64,000 nucleotides of DNA, taken from assembly GCA_040221055.1 (NCBI GenBank), contig JAVJVN010000012.1, forward strand, positions 48,890 to 112,889. Direction: 5' to 3'. The stretch's first letter is position 1. Each line of letters begins with the position of its first letter. Shown here piece after piece: positions 10,845 through 20,018 of this stretch. Both the position numbers and the translations under genes were made by a program. This DNA is from Rhodothermales bacterium. GTDB taxonomy: Bacteria > Bacteroidota > Rhodothermia > Rhodothermales > UBA10348. The notes under the pieces were generated by a model. The model was not told where the DNA came from. It saw only the letters and a program-made list of their open reading frames with translations, and did no database searches.

Positions 10845-11984
10845 TCAGGAGTTGGAGGGAACGATGGCGACGGCATCCCCTGCGGTTACGGTGGTCTGGC
10901 CCGTGGTGATCAACTCATCTCCCGGTGCAAGACCCGACAGAATGACGGTCAATCCCTCATTCGATGGACCCGGCTCCACCGAACGCAGAACAGCCCGGCC
11001 GTTCTCGACGATGTAGACGGAGTAGCCGGTCTCGTCGCGCAGGATGGACGCCTGTGGAATGACCATCTGATCCTCGAGGACAGACCGCATGACGTACAGA
11101 TCGACGATCATGGCCGGTTTCAGTGTGCCCCGTGCATTGTCCACTTCGATCTCTATCTGGAAGGTACGCGTGGACGGATCGATCACCCTCGAAACGAAGG
11201 TCACGCGTGCCGTGCGGTCTTCGCCTCCGTACGCGCGGAGGCTCATCCGGACCGGCGTCCCGATTTCGATGTCATTGGCATACCGTTCGGGAACGCCGGT
11301 GGACACCAGCAGGCGGTCTGTTGCTACAAGGCGGACCATGGGCAAACCGGGTGCGGCGGTCTCCCCCTCATTGACCATATGGGCTTCAACGCGTCCCGCA
11401 AAGGGTGCCGTGACGGACGTGAACGATACCTGGCGTTCCGCCTGCGCCAACGCGGCCTCGGCCTGGCGCAGCGCCGCACGCGCCTGATCCCGGCGCGCGC
11501 GGATGTCTTCGAATTCGAGGGCCGAAAGGATGGAATCCGCGAACAGCCGCTCCTGACGATCGAATGTAGCCTCGGCCAGGCGCGCTGCGGCCTCGGCCGC
11601 CTCCACGTTGGCAGTCGCCTGAGCCAGCGCGGCGTCCGCAAGGCGGCTGTCGAGTCGCACGAGGACATCACCCGCAGCTACACGGGCACCGAGCTCGCGG
11701 ACGAACTCGATGGTTCCGGACGTCTGGGCAGAAATCGTGGCATCGTCCGAGGACTCCACGGTGCCGGTCAGTTGGATGTGTTCCTCGAACCGGGAGGGCA
11801 CAAGGACGCGGGTTTCCACGCGGACTTGGCGTCCGTTGTCTGTGGAGGGCGTTGCGGCCACGGATGCATCGTCCATGGCTGCCGGGTCGCCCCCACAGGC
11901 ACTGAGTCCGAGGACCAGGATGAGGACGAGTGGCAGCAGGGCGGGCACACGCAGGCGCCCGGTCAGGTTCGAAGTATCAATCAT
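10845..11984 (-). CDS. RND efflux periplasmic adaptor (membrane fusion protein, HlyD/AcrA type)
   Basis: It has the lipobox LGLSAC, an alpha-hairpin rich in AEAA/AQA heptads, and a beta-barrel C-half. The start is uncertain, with in-frame ATGs at 12032, 11999 and 11984. The one at 11984 (MIDTSNLTGRLRV...) overlaps the tolC stop in ATGATTGA. Confidence 0.85.
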   Translation of the reverse strand: MIDTSNLTGRLRVPALLPLVLILVLGLSACGGDPAAMDDASVAATPSTDNGRQVRVETRVLVPSRFEEHIQLTGTVESSDDATISAQTSGTIEFVRELGARVAAGDVLVRLDSRLADAALAQATANVEAAEAAARLAEATFDRQERLFADSILSALEFEDIRARRDQARAALRQAEAALAQAERQVSFTSVTAPFAGRVEAHMVNEGETAAPGLPMVRLVATDRLLVSTGVPERYANDIEIGTPVRMSLRAYGGEDRTARVTFVSRVIDPSTRTFQIEIEVDNARGTLKPAMIVDLYVMRSVLEDQMVIPQASILRDETGYSVYIVENGRAVLRSVEPGPSNEGLTVILSGLAPGDELITTGQTTVTAGDAVAIVPSNS

Positions 11985-13623
11985 GGTTCGTTGGGGCATT
12001 CGGGGTGGTACCACTGAGGGACGACTGTCCAAGCGCGGTCATGTACGCACCCTCGGCTATCAGATAATCATGGACCGCCTGCAGCCGGTTCAGCCGGGTC
12101 TGGTCCAGTTGGTTGCTCGCTTCCCTGACTTCAAGCAAGGTGGCCACACCTTCTTCCAATCGGGCCTGGGCATAGGTGAAGTTCAGTTCGGCGCGCTCAA
12201 CGTTCTGCTGTTGGGCCTGCATGCGTTTCCAGGCGCTTCGCACATTGCGGATGGCGGATTCCACTTCCACCTGGATGGACTGCTCCAGGAACTCGGTGTC
12301 CAGTTCAGCCTGTCGGACGGCTACCCGACGCTGCTCCACGCGTTGCCGGGAAGCAAACCCGTTGAAGATGTTCCACGTCAGCCGGAATCCGCCGCTCATG
12401 GCATCGTCCCAGTACGCATCGGAAAAGTACCCCTGGTCCTCCGTGGAGAAGGAGAACGGATCGTCGGGCGACGTAATGATCCGTGTGCGATTGCTGGGGA
12501 CGTTGCCGATGTAATTGTAATTGAAGAAGGCATCGACGGCCGGCAGATATTCAGCCTTGGCCACTTTCAGTTGGATGCGCTCCAATTCGACGCCTATGCG
12601 GGCCTGACGCAGGTCGGGGCGACGATCCAGGGCAACAGCGGCCGCCTCCGGGATGGCTGCGAGCGTCGCCCGGGATGCGGCGTCCGCCTCCAGCGAGCCC
12701 CGGAGCGCCACCGTATGCATGACCGGGATGCCCAGCAGCAGCTTCAGATTGTCGGTCGCCGCATCCCGGGCCACTTCACTCTGGAGCAGGCCGGATTCCA
12801 GGTTGGCCAACTCGACCTCGGCAGAGAGACGCTGGAACTTGGGTGCGGTACCTTCATCCACCTGACGGGAGATCTCGCTCAGTGTCCTGCGTGCACGGGC
12901 CACGGATTCCCGACCGACAGCCACCTGTTCAGCCGCCAGCAGTGCGCCGTAGAAGGCCGAGCGCACGTCCTGGACCATGAGCTGCTGTTCCCGGTCCAGA
13001 CCCGCCTGATTGAACGGGCCCAGCCACCGCGATGCACCTACCGCCCCGAACAGTACACGGCCGTCAAACAACTTCTGGGTCACGGACAGTCCAGCAGCAT
13101 ACTGGTTGGGGACGCCGAACGGATTGGACGCGTTGCTGGTCTCTATGCCGGCCGCCTGTCGTCCGGCCTGGACGCGCAGGAAGTACTGCTCCACGGAAAT
13201 CGGGTCCGTAGAGGGGTTGTTGTCGGTCCGGGCCTGCTCATTGAAGGCCAACCAGTCGATGAATCCGAGCGTCTGGAAGAATCCGCCGGCCTGCGATCCG
13301 GCGAACGGGTTGGCCGTCCGGAAATTGCGGGTATAGGAAGACGAGACATCCAGGCTGGGAAACAACTCAGCCCAGCCTTCCCGCACCTGTGCGTCGGCTG
13401 TTTCCAGGTCAAGCCGCGCCCGCTCCAGCGCCAGGTTCCCGACCAGGGCAATCTGGATGGCCTCGTCCACGGTGAGGGTGAATTCCCGGGCGCCCTCGGA
13501 TGTCTGCAACGGCGTTGCATCCTGGGCGCGAAGGGGGAGGGCACTGAACGAAAAGAGCAGGACCAGCCCGACAGCCAAGGCACGTCGTGACATGTCCGGA
13601 AGGGTGATGGATGGTTGTGTCAT
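11977..13623 (-). CDS. TolC-family outer membrane efflux protein
   Basis: I chose the ATG at 13623, which overlaps the tetR stop (ATGA). It has a signal peptide ending LPLRAQD and a two-repeat outer-membrane-efflux-protein pattern. It sits at the head of the MFP-RND genes. Confidence 0.85.
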   Translation of the reverse strand: MTQPSITLPDMSRRALAVGLVLLFSFSALPLRAQDATPLQTSEGAREFTLTVDEAIQIALVGNLALERARLDLETADAQVREGWAELFPSLDVSSSYTRNFRTANPFAGSQAGGFFQTLGFIDWLAFNEQARTDNNPSTDPISVEQYFLRVQAGRQAAGIETSNASNPFGVPNQYAAGLSVTQKLFDGRVLFGAVGASRWLGPFNQAGLDREQQLMVQDVRSAFYGALLAAEQVAVGRESVARARRTLSEISRQVDEGTAPKFQRLSAEVELANLESGLLQSEVARDAATDNLKLLLGIPVMHTVALRGSLEADAASRATLAAIPEAAAVALDRRPDLRQARIGVELERIQLKVAKAEYLPAVDAFFNYNYIGNVPSNRTRIITSPDDPFSFSTEDQGYFSDAYWDDAMSGGFRLTWNIFNGFASRQRVEQRRVAVRQAELDTEFLEQSIQVEVESAIRNVRSAWKRMQAQQQNVERAELNFTYAQARLEEGVATLLEVREASNQLDQTRLNRLQAVHDYLIAEGAYMTALGQSSLSGTTPNAPTNHD

Positions 13624-14294
13624 GAATGCGATGGGCTGGAAAATCCGTCCGTCAAAAGTGCAGTCACCTGACGGGCCAGGACCTGAAGGTCGACCGGAGC
13701 GCCGTCGGTCATGAAGGCACATTTCTGGCTCATGTAAAAACCTTTGGCCGTATGGATGATGTGGTGAGCCAGGACGTGTGGGCCGGCGGACAGCTGTGCA
13801 GCATCCACCTCACCCCGTTCCATGGCTGCCTGGACGTGCGCGGCCAGGGCCACCACGGTGCGGCTTCCATGTGCGTGAAAAAATTCCTGGGTTTCCTTGT
13901 CCTCCATGAGCGCTGCCCGCTGGACTTCACGCATGAGGATGACGAAGAGGTCGGAGCGCATGGAGAAAAACGCGAACACGTTGTCCAGGAAGGTCTCCAA
14001 CTCACGCCGGAACGAAGCTGAGCCCGTGAACGATTGGTCCACCACCGCAACCATCCGGTCGAAAAGCTGCTCGAAAATCGCGAACAGGATTTCCGTCTTT
14101 CCGTCGGGAAAGTAGTTGTAGAGCGTACCCTTGCCGAACTCCGCGCGAAGGGCAATCTCATCCAACGTGGCCTTCGCATAGCCTTTTTCTGCGATGACCT
14201 CTTCCGCAGCCTGAAGGATGGCCATGCGTCGGGCAAGGCGCTCCCGTTCTTTCCGGGGCAGCGATACTGTGTCGGGAGATGACAGGATTTCCAT
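13620..14294 (-). CDS. TetR/AcrR-family transcriptional regulator
   Basis: It has an N-terminal HTH (KATLDEIALRAEFGKGTLYNYFPDGKTEIL) and is the first gene of the efflux operon. Confidence 0.9.
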   Translation of the reverse strand: MEILSSPDTVSLPRKERERLARRMAILQAAEEVIAEKGYAKATLDEIALRAEFGKGTLYNYFPDGKTEILFAIFEQLFDRMVAVVDQSFTGSASFRRELETFLDNVFAFFSMRSDLFVILMREVQRAALMEDKETQEFFHAHGSRTVVALAAHVQAAMERGEVDAAQLSAGPHVLAHHIIHTAKGFYMSQKCAFMTDGAPVDLQVLARQVTALLTDGFSSPSHS

Positions 14295-14309
14295 GGTAGC
14301 GTCGAATGG

Positions 14310-14323
14310 TGACCGGTTGGTCA
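14310..14323. promoter_or_regulatory. candidate TetR operator (inverted repeat TGACC-N4-GGTCA)
   Basis: The sequence TGACCGGTTGGTCA lies 16 nt upstream of the tetR start codon, within the only 73-nt non-coding gap. The arms are only 5 bp, so the evidence is weak. Confidence 0.3.
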
Positions 14324-14367
14324 GAATGCGACTGCTACGTCACGAAAAGGTTACGGTTACATGAACT

Positions 14368-15444
14368 TCAGATGTAGTCGTCGATCTGGTGTGCGTAGAG
14401 GTAGTCCACGATGTGCTTCACACCCTGCGCCGATTCCCGATGGCAGACCAGGGTTGCATCGTCCGTATCGACGACAATCAGGTCATGAACGCCCACAAGG
14501 GCCACCAGCTTGTCAGACGCCTGCACCAGGCATCGACTGGAATCATGCACGATCACGTTGCCTGAAATGGAATTGCCGTGTGGTCCCTTTTCGGCCAGAT
14601 CATAGACCGCTTTCCAGTCACCCACGTCGTTCCAGTCGAAGTTACCGGGAACGACGAACACCGAACGGGCCCGCTCCATGACACCGTAGTCAATGGAAAT
14701 CGACGGACAGCGGCTGTAGGATTCCTTGAGCGCTTCATTCTCGCCTTCCGTGCCGAGAGCCGCTCGAAGTGGACCGAACGCTTCCCAGACGTCGGGCAGC
14801 CAGGTCTCCAGGGCGTGCAGGATGGAAGACGCGCGCCAGATGAACATGCCACTGTTCCAAAGAAAATCGCCCGAGTCAATGAATCGCTCGGCTGTCGGCA
14901 AATTCGGTTTCTCGGCGAATGCACGCACGGGCACGGCGACCAGTTCGTCGTCCACGGCCGTGGCATCGGTGTCGTACTGGATATAACCGTAACCGGTCGC
15001 GGGATAAGTGGGTTCAATCCCGATCGTGACGAGGGCTCCTTCTTCCTCCGCTTTGGCGATGCCCGTCCTGAGTACCTCCTGGAACGCACGGACATTGCCT
15101 ATCCGATGATCGGAGGGCAACACGACCATGATCGCGTCCGGGTCCTGGTGGGCCAGCTTCAGCGCCGCCCATGCAATGCACGGCGCGGTATTCCGGGCGA
15201 TGGGTTCCGCCAGGATGTTGCCTGGCGGTAATGCCGGAAGCTGATCGGCCGTGAGGGCGGCATAGTCACTGTTGGTCACCACGTGACATTGTGCCGGTTC
15301 CACCACACCCGAAAGCCGTTGAACGGTGGCCTGGATCATGGTGTCGTCTCCGAACACATTCAGGAATTGCTTGGGCGTAGCCCGACGGCTTCTCGGCCAG
15401 AACCGGCTGCCAATGCCTCCGGCCATGATGACGGCGTGGACCAT
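14368..15444 (-). CDS. manC: mannose-1-phosphate guanylyltransferase (nucleotidyltransferase only, no PMI domain seen)
   Basis: I chose the start at ATG 15444 (MVHAVIMAGGIGSRFWPRSRRATPKQF), which carries the sugar-nucleotidyltransferase G-loop. At 358 aa the length fits. Confidence 0.85.
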   Translation of the reverse strand: MVHAVIMAGGIGSRFWPRSRRATPKQFLNVFGDDTMIQATVQRLSGVVEPAQCHVVTNSDYAALTADQLPALPPGNILAEPIARNTAPCIAWAALKLAHQDPDAIMVVLPSDHRIGNVRAFQEVLRTGIAKAEEEGALVTIGIEPTYPATGYGYIQYDTDATAVDDELVAVPVRAFAEKPNLPTAERFIDSGDFLWNSGMFIWRASSILHALETWLPDVWEAFGPLRAALGTEGENEALKESYSRCPSISIDYGVMERARSVFVVPGNFDWNDVGDWKAVYDLAEKGPHGNSISGNVIVHDSSRCLVQASDKLVALVGVHDLIVVDTDDATLVCHRESAQGVKHIVDYLYAHQIDDYI

Positions 15445-15652
15445 GATGCTGAACTGTGGGGTGGATAACGTTGGGGCGGGGACTGCCCTCGCCAACCGTA
15501 CAGCCGGGGGCATGTTTCGGCGGAGCTGTGTCCATGAATGTGGACATATGTATGCCCGGAGCCAGCACGGATCGGGCAGAACGCACTGGAATCGCCATGT
15601 GGCGCATCTTTTGATGGACCCGGTGCATCTGCATCACCATCCCGAAAGAACC

Positions 15653-16159
15653 ATGAAAACCGTCAGACTGTTCGGAGCCCTCTTCCTCCTGTCCACCCTT
15701 GGAGGCTGTGTCATCGAAGAGAGCGTGGGTCCCCAGGGACCGCCCGGAAACGCGAATGTGTTTACACTGAACATCCCCTTTGACCTGGACAACGCATCCT
15801 TCAATGGGAGCGTGGCATCCGTCCAGTACGATGTCCCGGACCTGACGGCGTCGGTCGTCGACGAGGGAGCCATCCTCATGTTCTTCCGCGACCAGGGGAC
15901 CTGGACCGCCATGCCCTACACGTTCGGCGTCGAGTCGCCCGACCTGCCTGCCGTGGATTACACCATTTCCCTTGGATTCGGATATGAAGTCGGTTTCCTG
16001 GAGGTGTTCTACGAGGCATCCACGGAGGCCGTGGATCTGGGCGCGCTGCCCGATCGTGACCTGAAGTTGGTGGTCATCGATGGATTCGCCTTCGGCAAAC
16101 GCCACATTGACCTCACCGATTGGGAAGCCGTGAAGGCGGCCTACGGTCTGGCCGACTGA
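15653..16159 (+). CDS. hypothetical lipoprotein
   Basis: The ATG at 15653 gives MKTVRLFGALFLLSTLGGC (a lipobox). The upstream part of the listed ORF (15326-15652) has no protein-like features. Confidence 0.7.
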   Translation: MKTVRLFGALFLLSTLGGCVIEESVGPQGPPGNANVFTLNIPFDLDNASFNGSVASVQYDVPDLTASVVDEGAILMFFRDQGTWTAMPYTFGVESPDLPAVDYTISLGFGYEVGFLEVFYEASTEAVDLGALPDRDLKLVVIDGFAFGKRHIDLTDWEAVKAAYGLAD

Positions 16160-16179
16160 CGGGCGTTCCGCTTCAGAAA

Positions 16180-16233
16180 GGCGTCGGTGTGTCGATACCG
16201 TGTGCAGACACGATCCATCTTCACACCGACGCC
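16180..16233 (+). terminator. long stem-loop downstream of the lipoprotein gene (no U-tract)
   Basis: A perfect 12-bp inverted repeat GGCGTCGGTGTG / CACACCGACGCC encloses a second small hairpin (CGTGT-GCAG-ACACG). It starts 21 nt after the stop at 16159. Confidence 0.35.
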
Positions 16234-16244
16234 CATCCTGACGC

Positions 16245-16433
16245 ATGAAAGACCTCAATTTCGATCGGAGACCGACCCGCCGCCGCGCACAGACCCCCAC
16301 CATGCGACGCATTGTCGGTGGATTCATGCGGACCGCCATGGAAGACTATCGGAGGGCGGGCTACCCGTTCGGAAAGAACCTGGAAGGACTGCTGGTGTGG
16401 TTCGAATACGATCAGCGCACGACGGACAACTGA
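16245..16433 (+). CDS. small hypothetical protein (62 aa), uncertain
   Basis: This is the only sizeable ORF in the 314-nt gap between convergent genes. No family was recognised. Confidence 0.3.
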   Translation: MKDLNFDRRPTRRRAQTPTMRRIVGGFMRTAMEDYRRAGYPFGKNLEGLLVWFEYDQRTTDN

Positions 16434-16473
16434 GAACCGATCTCTCGGGCCGTCTGCCGGGGAAGGCTCTGGC

Positions 16474-17733
16474 TCAGCGCACCAGGACGGTCGTGCGCCC
16501 GGCCATTCCGGCGTCCAATAGGTACAGCCCCGCGGGCAGCCCCGACAACGACAGGGTGGTCTGACCGGTGCCCGTGCCCATGTCCAGGGACCGCACCGTC
16601 CTGCCGAGCGCATCCACCATGCGCACATGGATGCTGCCGGAAGCTCCTGTCGTCTGGAGCGCAGCCCGCAGGCGTGCATTGTTCAGGTCCGAAAACCGGA
16701 GATTCAACGTCGTTCCGGCCGGATTCGGCCAAACGTCCAGCGTGCCTGTACGCGATTCATCCGGATCCGGAAGATGCGTCACGTTGGTGCCGCTCGCCGT
16801 CGGGAGCAGCCGCGAATAGACCGGGACGTGGTCCGACGTGGTTGAAAGGAAGCCTGAAACGCCCTGGATGACCGAGCTGTGGCGATCCGTGGTGCCAGCC
16901 GATGCGGCAGAGAAGAGCTCATTGGAGACCAGGATATGGTCAATGGTCGACGTCTGGCTTCCTCCGCAGAAGGTACACGTGCCCGCATCCTCAAGCGGAA
17001 GCGACAGGATCTGCCAACGGTCCGGGTCCTCCAGGAAGTTGGTGTACGGGGACGGTTTTCCCGGCGTGATGGAGTCGCGGATGGTGTCGTTCAGGTCGCC
17101 CAGGATGATCACGTTGTCGTCGGCTTCCAGGAAGTCCAGGCGGGATTTCAGTCGGGAGGAAGCGCTGGTTCGCCGGGTGTGGCTTTCCGAGTCGGAGCAA
17201 CACTTCATGTGGACGGTAACCAGGGTCGCCACGAACGACGTGTCCGGCAGCGTGACGGTCGCCTCCATGCTCAGCGGGGGACGAAAGGCATATTCGTAGG
17301 CGAACGACTCCAGGATATGCTCCACGCGACGCGGTTGCACGACGGCCGTCCGGTACACGAACCCTATCCGTTGCTGACCACTGTTGGTGGCCAGCGTTCC
17401 GGCCCAGTCATCGCCGAGCCTGGCCAGCAAATCGTCGAACGTGCCCGCATCGGAAATTTCCTGCAGGGCCCAAAGATCGATGTCGGAGTTCTCCATGACG
17501 TCGACGACGTTGTCCATCTGGCGCGATTCATCGGACGGACCATTGGATGTGCTGCCGAACCACTCGATGTTCCAGGTAGCCACGTCGAATGTCGCATTGC
17601 TGCCCACGGACTGGACTTGCCGGGCGACGGCCACGGACGACGACACGGAGAATGCCATGGTCAGGGCAAGCGCCAGGGCCGGTGTTGAGACCGCATTGAG
17701 GAGGGGCGTACGAAGCCGGAAATGGAATTGCAC
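16474..17733 (-). CDS. secreted endonuclease/exonuclease/phosphatase (EEP) family protein with a T9SS C-terminal sorting domain
   Basis: It has a signal peptide and an EEP motif series (ATWNIEWFG, DIDLWALQE, ILGDLND, SDHVPVY). The last ~85 aa (VWPNPAG...VDALGRTV...LPAGLYLLDAG...TTVLVR) look like a type-A Por secretion tail. Confidence 0.8.
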   Translation of the reverse strand: MQFHFRLRTPLLNAVSTPALALALTMAFSVSSSVAVARQVQSVGSNATFDVATWNIEWFGSTSNGPSDESRQMDNVVDVMENSDIDLWALQEISDAGTFDDLLARLGDDWAGTLATNSGQQRIGFVYRTAVVQPRRVEHILESFAYEYAFRPPLSMEATVTLPDTSFVATLVTVHMKCCSDSESHTRRTSASSRLKSRLDFLEADDNVIILGDLNDTIRDSITPGKPSPYTNFLEDPDRWQILSLPLEDAGTCTFCGGSQTSTIDHILVSNELFSAASAGTTDRHSSVIQGVSGFLSTTSDHVPVYSRLLPTASGTNVTHLPDPDESRTGTLDVWPNPAGTTLNLRFSDLNNARLRAALQTTGASGSIHVRMVDALGRTVRSLDMGTGTGQTTLSLSGLPAGLYLLDAGMAGRTTVLVR

Positions 17734-17742
17734 GGAGCGGCG

Positions 17743-19002
17743 TCAGTCCTGGATGTCAGTGTTCAGGCTGTACCGGGCAATCCGGTTGTTGCCGGTATCG
17801 GCGACGAAGACGACCTTCTCGAAGTACGCCACACCCTGTGGGTTGCTGAACTGTCGCGCGCCGTCGCCGAAGCTGCCGAACGAGACGTTTACGGGTCGGG
17901 AGGACGTGGCGCCGGGAGGTGGAGCGACGCCTTCTATACCCGTGGCCGTGAACACGTGGAGCCGGTTGGCGCCGCCGTCCAGGACGAAAATGTAATTCGT
18001 GCCGTCGGCGGCCGTGGTCATATCGCTGACCCGCTCAAACTTGAACTCGTCGTAGAAAAACGATTCATCGGGCTCTGGATCGACGGTCGCCTGGAGCATG
18101 GCGGCATCGGGGACGAACTCGGTTCCGTTCACGGTTTCCACCACGCGGATGGAGAGTGCGCCGAATCGCAAAGGGGCGCCCCCGGAAGGACCGGAGGATT
18201 GTCCCACCAGGAACCGCCGGTCCGTCCCGAACGATTCGCGTTGCGGCGGGTGCACGAAGGTGGCGACATCGGTCGGCCATACGGCGCTCCGAAGGCTCGG
18301 GACGACGGGACTCAGCGCAACCAGGGCCTGCAACGGATTCCCGTCCGGACGATACTCCAGGATGATGTTGTGCGGGAAGAGGATGCTGTTCCGGTCATTC
18401 ACCGGTCCCTGACGACTGACGTAAATGTTATTGTCGGGCAAGACCCCGACGCCCGTGAAGGCGACCTGCTCATCCGTTTCCTCCGGATCCGGCCGATTGA
18501 ATCGCCGCGAATCGTCATCGAAGGGGTGCCAGATCATGTCGGCAATCCGCGGCGTGCCTTCCGGAATGCCGTCAAACCGCATGACAACGGGTAAATTCCA
18601 GGTACGTCCACCCAGCGTGGTATCCCGGCGAGCCGTCACGTAGACGTGCATACGCCGGTCCTGGACGACCGATGTCGCACCTCCGGCAATCGGAATATGG
18701 GCGGCAGGACGGCCGGAAAGGTCCAGGATGTGCAGCCCCGTGGCGTCGGTCACGTACAGCAGTTCATCGTAGCCCACATAGACGTCCGTGGGTTCGACAA
18801 GCGCCCCGTTCCCACCCTGCGAAAAGAAGGGAAACAGGGGGATGTAGTCGACTTCCTTGAGCGCCGTCGGCTCCTGACGCGCCGCATCGAAAATCTCGTC
18901 CGTCGTCGCATCGGACTTCGAACCGAAAACGGCATCGCATCCGACCAACAGGACCGGGGTCAGGATGAGCAGGGCTATGGCAGGGAAACGGGTCACAATC
19001 AC
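17743..19002 (-). CDS. NHL-repeat / beta-propeller lipoprotein
   Basis: It has the lipobox VLLVGC and an NHL-like blade (FSNPQGVAYFEKVVFVADTGNNRIARY) plus similar earlier repeats. Its start overlaps the upstream gene's stop by 4 nt. Confidence 0.7.
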   Translation of the reverse strand: MIVTRFPAIALLILTPVLLVGCDAVFGSKSDATTDEIFDAARQEPTALKEVDYIPLFPFFSQGGNGALVEPTDVYVGYDELLYVTDATGLHILDLSGRPAAHIPIAGGATSVVQDRRMHVYVTARRDTTLGGRTWNLPVVMRFDGIPEGTPRIADMIWHPFDDDSRRFNRPDPEETDEQVAFTGVGVLPDNNIYVSRQGPVNDRNSILFPHNIILEYRPDGNPLQALVALSPVVPSLRSAVWPTDVATFVHPPQRESFGTDRRFLVGQSSGPSGGAPLRFGALSIRVVETVNGTEFVPDAAMLQATVDPEPDESFFYDEFKFERVSDMTTAADGTNYIFVLDGGANRLHVFTATGIEGVAPPPGATSSRPVNVSFGSFGDGARQFSNPQGVAYFEKVVFVADTGNNRIARYSLNTDIQD

Positions 19003-20018
19003 AGCGTCAGGTTCAGTCCAATCCGGTTTACGTTGCCCAACCGTTCCAGCCGGTTGAATCCATAGTCGAAACGGAGATCAGGGCCACCAACGGGGACCCG
19101 GAGACCCACTCCGAAACTGGGGGTCGTGTACTCCTCGATTCCGAAGCGGTAGCCGGTACGCAAATACAACATCCGGTTCCAGCCGTACTCCAGACCGACA
19201 TTCCAGTTCTCGGCATTGTCATTGGGGTTGTTCAACTGTGCCGAGATATCCAGCGACTGCGAGGCATGATCATCCAACACACGGTAGACGACCGCCAGAT
19301 GGAAGGTCGTGGGCGGAGTGAGCGCTTCGAACTCCGTCTCGATCACCTGGGGGTTCGGTGCAATGACCCGCCGTTCCAGTTCTCCCTCAGGCGTGCCGTC
19401 CAGTCCGAAGTTGCGGACGCTGACGGCCAGGTCAAGGCCGGACGTGCCTACCGCGTAGAAGAATCCGACATCGAACACCACGGTCGAGGCCACCAGTCCC
19501 GCTACACTTTCCCGTACGTATTTCGACGTGACCCCGTACGAGAAGAGGTCCGTCAACTGTTGGGAGAAGGAAAGACCCACGGCCATGTCCCGCAGGCGGA
19601 ACGTCTGACCGGTCCCGAAAGGCTGGAATTCCGTGGTGACATCCATCTCTCCCGAGTCCATGGTCTGGATACTGGCACCCACCACCATGTTCGTTCCGGA
19701 AATCGGATACACAAGTCCAGCGAAATCAAGGGATACGTCCACGAAGTAGGCCGTATGGTAGAAGCCTGCCTGGATTCCCGGCGAGCGGGCAATCAAGGCC
19801 GGATTCCAGTAGAGCGCCCCGACGTCAGACGCACTGGCGACAACCGTCTGACCCAGCGCGGCGGAGCGGGCATCGACGGGAATCTTCAGGAACTGGAAAC
19901 CGGACGTGCCGGCCCGTTCACCTCCGAGGGAAGGCAGGAGTTGGGCGTGGAGCGGTCCACTGGCCAGGAAGGCAAGGCCGAAAAACACGACAAGTACAGG
20001 CAGGAATCGCTTCATCAT
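18999..20018 (-). CDS. PorV/PorQ-family (FadL-like fold) outer-membrane beta-barrel protein
   Basis: It has a signal peptide (…GPLHAQ), the N-terminal signature ARSAALGQTVVASASDVGALYWNPALI, and alternating beta-strand patterns to the C-terminus. At 339 aa it is PorQ-like in size. The same N-terminal motif also occurs in FadL-type barrels, so the assignment is not exclusive. Confidence 0.6.
   Translation of the reverse strand: MMKRFLPVLVVFFGLAFLASGPLHAQLLPSLGGERAGTSGFQFLKIPVDARSAALGQTVVASASDVGALYWNPALIARSPGIQAGFYHTAYFVDVSLDFAGLVYPISGTNMVVGASIQTMDSGEMDVTTEFQPFGTGQTFRLRDMAVGLSFSQQLTDLFSYGVTSKYVRESVAGLVASTVVFDVGFFYAVGTSGLDLAVSVRNFGLDGTPEGELERRVIAPNPQVIETEFEALTPPTTFHLAVVYRVLDDHASQSLDISAQLNNPNDNAENWNVGLEYGWNRMLYLRTGYRFGIEEYTTPSFGVGLRVPVGGPDLRFDYGFNRLERLGNVNRIGLNLTL

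Noticed and set aside
11710-13590. 626-aa plus-strand ORF
   Set aside because: It is antisense to the TolC and MFP genes, with no recognisable domains. It is a GC-rich shadow ORF.
15266-16339. 357-aa minus-strand ORF
   Set aside because: It overlaps the manC start and the lipoprotein gene in antisense. It has no motifs, and the plus-strand lipoprotein (with a lipobox) explains the region better.
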